From: Candidatus Iainarchaeum sp.
GTDB lineage: Archaea; Iainarchaeota; Iainarchaeia; Iainarchaeales; 0-14-0-20-30-16
DNA: 32,000 bases
Reading direction: 5' to 3'
Assembly (NCBI GenBank): GCA_028710695.1
Contig: JAQTTP010000005.1
Coordinates: forward strand, 30,981 to 62,980
The first letter of the stretch is position 1; each line of letters opens with the position of its first letter. A program made the position numbers and the translations under genes. Of the stretch, positions 19,686-27,310 are shown piece by piece. A model generated the notes under the pieces. The model searched no databases. It was not told the DNA's origin and saw only the letters and a program-made list of their open reading frames with translations.

Positions 19686-20617
19686 TTCTTTCCCAACACT
19701 TTGAATTCTTTATCCACTTCTTCCTGGACTTTTGCTATCAAGTTTTTCCTTAACTCTGGCTTGAACAAGTGGGCATAAAGCTTGTGTGATTTAAGATACT
19801 CTTCTACAGGCAGGGCCTTCTTTGGGTTATAATTTATCTTGTATTTTCCGCCCTCGATCTCATACAAAGGCCAAAAGTTCGTCTCTGTTGCAAGCCTAGC
19901 AACATCATAAGTCTTAGAACTTGGGAACTTCCACCCATAATTACAAGGCATTAAAACGCTCAAGAATTTCGGGCCCTCATAGCTCAAGGCTTTCTTTATT
20001 TTATAAATAAAATCATCTAAATATGCAGGATTTGCTTGTGCTGCATAAGGAATATTATGTGCAGCCACAATAGACATTATGTCCTTCCTCTTCTGTGCTT
20101 TTCCAGTACTCTCTAAGCCCGCAGGAGTAGTGGTTGTACTTGCTAAATAAGGTGTTGACCCACTTCTTTGCATTCCTGTATTAGAATAAGCAGCATTGTC
20201 ATAAAGAACATATAAAATATCATGCCCTCTTTCAAGCATTCCTGACAGGGCTTGTAATCCAATATCTACTGTCCCCCCATCACCTGCAAAAACAATGAAC
20301 TTATACTTTTTCTTTAATTCTCCTCTCTTTTTCCTGGCAGCATATGCCCTTTCTACACCCGCAAGAGTAGAGGCAGAGTTTTCAAAAGCATTATGTATAC
20401 AAGATACTCCAAAGCTTGTATGGGGCCATATTGTGCTAGTAACTTCTAGGCATCCAGTAGCAATAGACACCACGGGCTCACAATCATCAGGCACATTTCC
20501 AAGCACAGTTCTAACTATTGTGGGTATGAAACATCCAGAACAGGTTCTATGCCCTGGCCCAAAACCTTCTTTCCCTTTTTCCCAAATCTTCTGCAATTCG
20601 TTGCCTTTTACATCCAT
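19682..20617 (-). CDS. porB: Pyruvate:ferredoxin oxidoreductase beta subunit
   Basis: ORF 19682..20626; likely start ATG at 20617 after AGTGAT. GHRTCSGCFIPTIVR, ATGCLEVTSTIWP, FAGDGGTVDIGLQALSGMLERGHDILYVLYDNAAYSNTGMQRSG. Confidence 0.92.
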   Translation of the reverse strand: MDVKGNELQKIWEKGKEGFGPGHRTCSGCFIPTIVRTVLGNVPDDCEPVVSIATGCLEVTSTIWPHTSFGVSCIHNAFENSASTLAGVERAYAARKKRGELKKKYKFIVFAGDGGTVDIGLQALSGMLERGHDILYVLYDNAAYSNTGMQRSGSTPYLASTTTTPAGLESTGKAQKRKDIMSIVAAHNIPYAAQANPAYLDDFIYKIKKALSYEGPKFLSVLMPCNYGWKFPSSKTYDVARLATETNFWPLYEIEGGKYKINYNPKKALPVEEYLKSHKLYAHLFKPELRKNLIAKVQEEVDKEFKVLGKK

Positions 20618-20632
20618 AAAAATCACTTTGCC

Positions 20633-21772
20633 TTAATTTTTTAGATCTTTCCTCAGCCCATAGAACTGGAACTTCTTTTGCTTCCCTTTCAAGAATTTGC
20701 CCACTAGATCTTTGGCTTCTTCTAGCCCAAAGTCTCTTCCGCCAATTCCATAAACAACATTATAGAACTCTCTTCCCATACCTTGGAACTCTAAACCCAT
20801 TGGCCCAAACTCTGCGCCATGGCTTATTGCCCTATCCAAAACAATTATCTTTTTGCCTTTAAGCTCTGCCCTTAACTCATTATAAGGAAACGGCCTATAA
20901 ACTCTTGGTCTCAAGCACCCAACTTTTTTTCCTTTTTTTCTCAATTCTTGGCAAGTCAACTCTATTGCTTGATAAGAAGAGCCCATTGTTACAAAGACAG
21001 TATTTGCATCTTTTAACCCGTAAGACTCATATAAGCCATAATTTCTTTTTGAAAATTTCTCAAATCCTTTTTGAATTCCAAGTATTGATTTTGATGAGTT
21101 TGCAAGATCTCTCCACTGCCTTTCTCTTACTTCTATATTAGAATCAGTTAAAGAAACATTTCCAAAAGTTATTTTTGAATCAAGCATGTTCGGCCACTTT
21201 GGTTTCTTTCCCACAAAATTCACAGCCTGTTTGGTGGACAAAGTATCAATCACCTGCTCTCCATGGGTAGTATAGAATCCATCCATCATTACCATTACTG
21301 GTATTTTTGTTTCCTCAGTAATCTTCACAGCCATTAAAGTAGTGTCATAAACTTCCTGCACATCTTTACAATAAATTTGTATCCAGCCAGAATCTCTTGC
21401 CAAAAAACTATCGGAATAATCACAATGCAGAAGAAGTGGAGCACCTATTCCTCTATTTCCCACAACCATAGTCATAGGCAGTCTCAATCCCGCAGCAATA
21501 TAAATCACTTCAATCATATATGCCAAACCTTGAGATGCGGTAGCAGTAAACACTCTTGCACCTGCAGCACTTGCTCCAATACAAGCAGACATTGCACTAT
21601 GCTCCGATTCTGCAAGAATATTTTCAGTAGTAACTTTTCCATCAGCAACATATTTTGAAAAGGTTTCAATGATCTGTGTTTGGGGGGTAATAGGATATGA
21701 TGCACAAACATCAGGGTTTATCTGCATCATTGCATATGATACAGCATAGTTTCCGTTTATCAGAGCCCTCAT
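20633..21772 (-). CDS. porA: Pyruvate:ferredoxin oxidoreductase alpha subunit
   Basis: ORF 20633..21820; likely start ATG at 21772 (MRALINGNYAVSYAMMQINPDVCASYPITPQTQIIE), directly after the porD stop. Confidence 0.92.
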   Translation of the reverse strand: MRALINGNYAVSYAMMQINPDVCASYPITPQTQIIETFSKYVADGKVTTENILAESEHSAMSACIGASAAGARVFTATASQGLAYMIEVIYIAAGLRLPMTMVVGNRGIGAPLLLHCDYSDSFLARDSGWIQIYCKDVQEVYDTTLMAVKITEETKIPVMVMMDGFYTTHGEQVIDTLSTKQAVNFVGKKPKWPNMLDSKITFGNVSLTDSNIEVRERQWRDLANSSKSILGIQKGFEKFSKRNYGLYESYGLKDANTVFVTMGSSYQAIELTCQELRKKGKKVGCLRPRVYRPFPYNELRAELKGKKIIVLDRAISHGAEFGPMGLEFQGMGREFYNVVYGIGGRDFGLEEAKDLVGKFLKGKQKKFQFYGLRKDLKN

Positions 21773-21774
21773 CT

Positions 21775-22044
21775 TTACACCCTCTTCATTTCTATTACTT
21801 TCTTCAAATAATTTGCACAAATTCCACAGCCCTTACAAAACTTATAATCTATGTGTGAATACTTTCCACCAACATAAACTATTGCTGCTTCCGGACAATA
21901 TAATGCAATTTCAACATGTTTATTCATTTCCTCTTTGTCTTTAACAACAGGAATCTCTTTTCTCCAAGATCCAGTTTGATATTCTTCTGATTCACTTGCA
22001 AGTATTCTTGCACCCAAATCCACTTTCTTAATTTCTTTAACCAT
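21775..22044 (-). CDS. porD: Pyruvate:ferredoxin oxidoreductase delta subunit (ferredoxin-like), one cluster-binding set missing
   Basis: ORF 21775..22053, likely start ATG at 22044. QTGSWRKEIPVVKDKEEMNKHVEIALYCPEAAI...YKFCKGCGICANYLKKVIEM, located between porG and porA. Confidence 0.88.
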   Translation of the reverse strand: MVKEIKKVDLGARILASESEEYQTGSWRKEIPVVKDKEEMNKHVEIALYCPEAAIVYVGGKYSHIDYKFCKGCGICANYLKKVIEMKRV

Positions 22045-22049
22045 AAAAA

Positions 22050-22586
22050 TCACTTAAATTGGGTATATGCCTCATTTAAAGCTTTAAGATTTCCGTCCAA
22101 TAATTCTGGTTTCTTTGATAAGGTTTCTTTTACTGCTTTTTCTAAATTTGCAAATTTAACACAAGTTGTCATCTTCAAAAGAGCGCCAAGCATAACTACT
22201 CCAGGAAGGTCCTTTTTCAAGTATTTATTTGCAATTCCAGATGCATCGATGAATACACTATTTTTTATTTCTGGATTTATTTTTCCATTTATCAAAAGTT
22301 TTGCTTTCTTTTGGTTCAAAATTAAATTCTTGGTGTCAAGTTGTGATAACAAAGAGCCATCCAAAACAACTACATAGTCTGCTTGCGTTATGGATGCTTG
22401 GTCTTTTATTTTTTCTTTAGAAATTTTTACAAAAGCCCTTACTGGTGCACCACTTCTTTCTGGGCCATACTCAGGAAATGCTTGCACTTCCAAGCCTTGT
22501 AAAAATGCTGCTTTTGCAAGTATTTCTGCAGCAGTTTTTACACCTTCTCCGCCACGACCCCAGAACACAAAACTAGTATAAGACAT
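22050..22586 (-). CDS. porG: Pyruvate:ferredoxin oxidoreductase gamma subunit
   Basis: FWGRGGEGVKTAAEILAKAAFLQGLEVQAFPEYGPERSGAPVRAFVKIS, PGVVMLGALLK. Confidence 0.92.
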   Translation of the reverse strand: MSYTSFVFWGRGGEGVKTAAEILAKAAFLQGLEVQAFPEYGPERSGAPVRAFVKISKEKIKDQASITQADYVVVLDGSLLSQLDTKNLILNQKKAKLLINGKINPEIKNSVFIDASGIANKYLKKDLPGVVMLGALLKMTTCVKFANLEKAVKETLSKKPELLDGNLKALNEAYTQFK

Positions 22587-22747
22587 AGTACCACTTATAT
22601 AACTATAAACAAGGAATAATAAAGAGATTAATGTTTAAATACCTTTCTGGATTTTGCAAATGGGGAAAATATCAGCAATAGTTAAGAACAGAATTAAATT
22701 CAAAAAGCATATTAATAGAAGAAAAATAATTTTGTGACTTTATTATG

Positions 22748-23395
22748 TCACTCTTTTCTGACAATTGTTATTGTCCAGCCTCTTTTACCATAACCCTTGT
22801 AATATTCTTCAACTTTAAAGAATTGCGATAGTAGATTAGTCATATTTAACCGATCTATCATCTGAACATACGGCTTAGTCTGATCTTTCTTTTGTTTTAT
22901 TTTTTTATCATCATCATAATCTGCAGTATTCGAGGAGTATACTAAACCATATCCACCTTTCTCTAAAATATCCGACATTTTTTCTACAACATATGGCGCC
23001 ATTGAAGAATCAAACTGGTTCAAAAAAGATCCAGCTACCAAACCGTGGAATTTTTCTTCAGGTTCCCATTCTAAAAAACAGTTGTTGTAGAACTTTGCTT
23101 TAGGGCTATTTTGTTGAGCATGTTTTATCATTTCTTTAGACACATCAACACAGGACACATTAAAGTCATACTTAAAATGTTCTGTAAGTATGAACGAGTT
23201 TAATCCAACTCCACATCCAAGGTCAGCAATTCTTGCACCAGTTCCAAAATTAGAGTGAACCTTTTCTGCAAATGGTTTTATCACTTTGTATTGATTGTCT
23301 ACGAAATTTACCCACCTAGAGTTATAATCGTCGGCCAACAAATCGTAGTACTCCACCAATTGTTTTTGGCTTTTGTTAATTTGTTTTCCGCACAT
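22748..23395 (-). CDS. Class I SAM-dependent methyltransferase
   Basis: RIADLGCGVGLNSFILTEHF, VSCVDVSKEMIKHA, KFHGLVAGSFLNQFDSSMAPYVVEKMSDILEKGGYGLVYSS. TATA-like TTTATAAA at 23417-23424, about 25 nt from the ATG (possibly leaderless). Confidence 0.85.
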   Translation of the reverse strand: MCGKQINKSQKQLVEYYDLLADDYNSRWVNFVDNQYKVIKPFAEKVHSNFGTGARIADLGCGVGLNSFILTEHFKYDFNVSCVDVSKEMIKHAQQNSPKAKFYNNCFLEWEPEEKFHGLVAGSFLNQFDSSMAPYVVEKMSDILEKGGYGLVYSSNTADYDDDKKIKQKKDQTKPYVQMIDRLNMTNLLSQFFKVEEYYKGYGKRGWTITIVRKE

Positions 23396-23493
23396 GTTTA
23401 TAATATAATTTCAATATTTATAAAGGGCTTGGTTTTATGTATAGAAAGACCAAAAAAAAGCACACGGAAACAAATCGATTTTTGCAAGTAGAT

Positions 23494-23575
23494 GTCAAAC
23501 GGGAACAAACTTTCCCGTTAGAGTTGGCGCCATTTATGGCGCGGGTTATGGAAAATAAACAATTTGACTTTTTTT
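23494..23575. ncRNA. Candidate small structured RNA (orientation uncertain, plus strand favoured by the T7 tract)
   Basis: GTCAAA (23494-23499) pairs with TTTGAC (23563-23568) and encloses two hairpins: CGGGAA/TTCCCG (23500-23517) and GCGCCAT/ATGGCGC (23527-23542). On the plus strand TTTTTTT follows at 23569-23575. Confidence 0.3.
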
Positions 23576-23706
23576 GTTCTTTTTTTATCCACCTTAGATT
23601 AATTAAAACTAGAATATCCCAAATCCTTTGGGTTTGTGGATATGCCCCCTTTTCTTTTTTGGTGAACTTATGCTTTTTTCTTTTGGAAAAGAAAAAAGAA
23701 TAGAGT

Positions 23707-23899
23707 GGCAGGTAAAACGGTATACACAAGAGCATCTGGGACTACGGATATATACTCCCGGAATTGACCGCGCAAAAGACAGCAGATAAAATCTGCCCCA
23801 ACATACAGCAAAGCACATGGCATGAAGCCAGAACGCTTGTTTGCATATCCTCACTGCGCCGTTTGCAAATCTCACGAGGAGATTTAGAGGTTACCTACC
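23707..23899 (-). ncRNA. Candidate independent structured RNA gene of unknown family, about 193 nt
   Basis: Terminal closing helix GGTAGGTA/TACCTGCC (23892-23899 x 23707-23714), hairpin AAATCTC-CTCGT-GAGATTT (23867-23885), helix AAACGG/CCGTTT (23859-23864 x 23715-23720), GGATAT/ATATCC (23845-23850 x 23746-23751) and GCAGAT-TTT-ATCTGC (23782-23796). Upstream AACC-TTTATAAA is about 26 nt from the predicted 5' end, and CTTTTTTCTTTT follows the 3' end. Confidence 0.6.
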
Positions 23900-23921
23900 G
23901 TATAAATATTATACAAACTGG

Positions 23922-23929
23922 TTTATAAA
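23922..23929 (-). promoter_or_regulatory. BRE/TATA-like promoter of the candidate RNA gene
   Basis: Minus-strand GTAACC-TTTATAAA; centre about 26 nt upstream of GGTAGG. Confidence 0.5.
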
Positions 23930-24016
23930 GGTTACTTTTTTTATGTAGAATTTGGGCAGAAAGAAGTCAGGAATCAAAAAAAGTTAAAAACTAAAAAGAA
24001 AAAGAATAACTTTTTA

Positions 24017-24045
24017 GTTAACATAGGCAAGTAAAATGCTAAAGA
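24017..24045 (-). other. 3' half of the pre-23S processing stem
   Basis: 24017-24035 (gttaacataggcaagtaaa) pairs with 27062-27080 (tttacttgcctatgctaac), 18/19. Pairing continues with G-U wobble through 24038-24045 x 27053-27060. Confidence 0.8.
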
Positions 24046-24129
24046 TTGCTAAAAGTTTTTAGCTAAGATTCTAAACTGAATCTCTATTTGTGTAGTCTAT
24101 GATTTCGTGTGTAGTCTTTGATTTTAAAG

Positions 24130-27060
24130 GTCCTCTTATGCTATTAGTACTGGTCAGCTGAATATCTCGCCGAAGCTCGATACTTACACTTCCAGCCTAT
24201 CAACCCAGTCTTCTACTGGCGCATTAGTCTGTCCGAAGACAGAGTGACGATCTATTTTCAGGGGGGACTTCAAGCTTAGATGCTTTCAGCTTTTATTCCT
24301 TACGGCGTGGCTACCCAGCGCTGCCCTCCCGGACAACTGGTAGACTAGAGGCCGCGACCTTTTGTTCCTTTCGTACTAGAAAGATCTTCCCTTCAGATCA
24401 TCAACAGTCCCAACAGATAGTAAACAAACTGGCTCGCACCGTTCTTAACCCAGCTCACGTACGGCTTTAATGAGTTAACCCCTCCACCCTTGGCTGCTTA
24501 TGCACAGCCAGGATGCCATGAGCCGACAACGAGGTAGCAAACCGCGGGGTCGATATGTACTCTTGCCCGCGACAACCCAGTTACCCCCAGGGTAGCTTCA
24601 CTATCAGACCAGACTGCCACCAAAGCAGTACTGACGATCATTAAGCCCTTCTTTCGAATCTGCATTCCTTGTTTTGCAGAACACAGTCAAGCCTGCTTTT
24701 GCCCTTACACTCGACAGGATGTTCCTAACACCCCTGAGCAGACCTTTGGGTTCCCCTGATACCTTTTCAGGGGAGTACCGCCCCAGCCAAACCACCAACT
24801 CTGCAGGTGTCCCCCTTTCGGGGTGAGTCTTAGAATTTCTAAAGGTTAGTGTCCCATTGACGTCTCCACAGTTCCTGACGAAACTGCTTCGAAGACTACT
24901 AACTACGCTGCACATCAAAAATTCTAAAACAGCAACAGATTGTGGTAAAGTTCCGTGGGGACTTCACCTCCCATTGGGACGCCGTGGCATATTCACCACG
25001 CAGTGGGTTCGTCGAGTTATAGTTAGGGACAGTGGGAATCTCGTTACTCCATTAATGCAAGTCGGCATTAAACCGACAAGGTATTACGCTACCTTAAGAG
25101 CCTCAGAGTTAGGCCCGCTCTTTACCAGCGCTTAGACCCCTTGAAAAGGGTTTTCACGTACTGGCAGTGAGCAGAAGTCGGCCCCTATACTAATCTTTTC
25201 AGACTCGCAGGGACCTACGTTTTTGATAAACAGTCGGACTCCCCTTGTTAGTGTCACCTACAGTTTACACAACTGCAGGCACCCCTTATACCAAAGATAC
25301 GGGGCTATTTTGCCGAATTCCCTTAACTATATTCTCTCGATACGCCTTGGCCTTCTCAGCCAGGGGCACCTTTCCCGGTTCTCGGTACGATCTGATGGAA
25401 TCCTTATGATCTTTCTTTTCATGGTTACCAGGTGTGAAAAACAGCTTTCGCCCCATCACCTCTTAAAGCCCTTCTCGTCATTATAACTCTCCAGGCTTAT
25501 ATTAGGATTGGATATTCTGGGAAGAATACGTTTTCTAACCCAATAAGTCAAAAGATCATCTATTGTTACCAAGTTGTATCCATCAGGTACAGGAATATGA
25601 ACCTGTTTCCCTTTCCCCCCACTCGTGTTACGATGGGGGTTAGGATCGACTAACCCTTAGCTGATGATCAGTGCTAAGGAACCCTAGCCCTTTCAGCGGA
25701 GAGGGTTCTCACCTCTCATAGCTATTACTACCGCTAGGATCAATATTCCATATAGGTCCACAAGAACTCACGCCCTTGCTTCTGCCCTATAAGAAAACCT
25801 TCTTACAAGATATTACATACAATGCAATCTGCATGGTATCGGTGGTCTGTTTTAGCCCCGTATATTTTTGGTGCCCTCACTCTCGGAAGGTGAGTTGTTA
25901 CACACTCTTTAAATGATAGCTACTTCTGAGCTTACATTCCCTCTGTCTTAGAGTAAAGACGCCCTTTATTTGCACTTAACAGACACTTTGGGACCTTAAC
26001 CACGCGCAGGGTTGTTTCCCTTTCGGACCGGAAGCTTACCCCCCGGATCCCAACTCCAACCTTCTTAGACAAATGGCGATTCGGAGTTTAACAAAAAAGC
26101 CGAGGATCTCTCCCCAATACTTTTTGATCAGTGCTCTACCCACCATTTCGTCTCAGGTCAAGCTAACCTTAGAGCTATTTCAGAAGGAGCCTGCTATCAC
26201 CAAATTCGCATAGATTATCGCTCCCACTCCCAGGTCACCTAAACAGTTAGTCTAGAACTAGAAACGGACCTCCACCCCTTTGTAAAAGGGTTTCATCCTG
26301 CCCAGGAGTAAATCATTTGGTTTCAGGTCTGGTATCTGTGACTAAAGACGGATTAGCATCCTTGTCCTCACTAAAAGTTGCGACAACTCGGTTTCCCTAC
26401 GCCTACGAGGTTTAACCCCTTAAGCTTGCCACAGACACAAATTCCCTAGCCCGTGCTTCGTGACGAACGACGTAACACTGTACAGAGCGCTTCGTTACCT
26501 TAGGCGCTCTACCTTTTGTGCCGCGTCCACCTATTACCATTTGGTTTCAGGTGCTTTTAACTCCCTACCAAGGGTGCTTTTCAACTTTCCCTCACGGTAC
26601 TCGTTCGCTATCGGTCTTGGAAGAATGTTTAAGATTGGGGGTTGGTAACCCCCGTATTCATACGCAAATGCCAATGCGTATTACTCTCGGTTACTATCGG
26701 ATCTTTCTCTCTTATAACTAAGGGGCTATCACCCGCTATGGCGCTTCTTTCCAGAAGTCTTCGTCTTAAAGAGTTAAGACCCTAACTAGACCTCACCACA
26801 TCTCCCACTAATTTCTTAGAGGGATTCAGTTTGTCTTCTGCCCTTTTCCTTCGCCAGTACTAGGGGCATCGCGATTGCTTTCTTTTCCTGCAGGTACTAA
26901 GATGCTTCAATTCCCTGCGTCTCCCCCCCTTTCGGGGTAATTCGGGTATCTCTGGTTCAATGGTTGCGTGCACCTCGCCAGAGCTTTTCGCAGCTTGCCA
27001 CGCCCTTCTTCGGCTTCCAAGCCAAGTCATCCACCAAATGGTTCACTAGGACCCTTAACA
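24130..27060 (-). rRNA. 23S ribosomal RNA (ends approximate)
   Basis: Minus strand starts about AGTGTTAAGGGTCCTAGTGAACC..GGTGGATGACTTGGCTTGGAAGCC and ends about GACCAGTACTAATAGCATAAGAGG. Length and conserved blocks fit an archaeal 23S without an intron. Confidence 0.95.
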
Positions 27061-27061
27061 C

Positions 27062-27080
27062 TTTACTTGCCTATGCTAAC
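27062..27080 (-). other. 5' half of the pre-23S processing stem
   Basis: Complement of 24017-24035, as above. Confidence 0.8.
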
Positions 27081-27168
27081 TATGTGTGATATAAATATCA
27101 CGAGTTACGCCAGAACAAAAAAACTTGTTCTAACTACTCATAACTCTCGGAAAGTCCATATTTACATA

Positions 27169-27276
27169 TGGACTCAGCGGGAATTGAACCCGCAGCCTCG
27201 GCCTTACTCGCAGCCCCAGAATAAATTCTGGAGTATTGATGCAAGGGCCGCGCTCTCCCAGTTGAGCTATGAGCCC
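27169..27276 (-). tRNA. tRNA-Ala (TGC anticodon) with a 35-nt intron at 27205..27239 (position 37/38)
   Basis: GGGCTCA TA GCTC..GAGC G CGGCC CTTGCA [intron] A GGCCG AGGCT GCGGG TTCAATT CCCGC TGAGTCC A. The spliced 73-mer folds canonically and carries the G3-U70 identity pair. The intron contains hairpin CTCCAGAA-TTTA-TTCTGGGG. Confidence 0.92.
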
Positions 27277-27289
27277 GTAGACTGTTATT
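27277..27289 (-). other. 3' half of the pre-16S processing stem
   Basis: gtagactgttatt is a perfect inverted complement of aataacagtctac at 28883-28895. It directly abuts the tRNA 5' end. Confidence 0.85.
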
Positions 27290-27310
27290 AAACAATTACG
27301 AAAATTCAGA

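Noticed and set aside
23418-23875. ORFs 23437..23703 (+), 23418..23735 (-) and 23609..23875 (-)
   Set aside because: Lys/Phe/Ser low-complexity translations in a hairpin-rich interval; no recognisable domain; they conflict with the promoter and helix pattern.
23707-23899. Candidate RNA as RNase P, SRP or 5S RNA
   Set aside because: I could not find the RNase P CR-I core, SRP helix-8 or 5S conserved sequences. I leave the family open rather than force a name; an Infernal run would decide.
24130-27060. Possible intron or homing endonuclease in 23S
   Set aside because: The length of about 2.9 kb is normal and conserved blocks appear continuous; no LAGLIDADG-like ORF.
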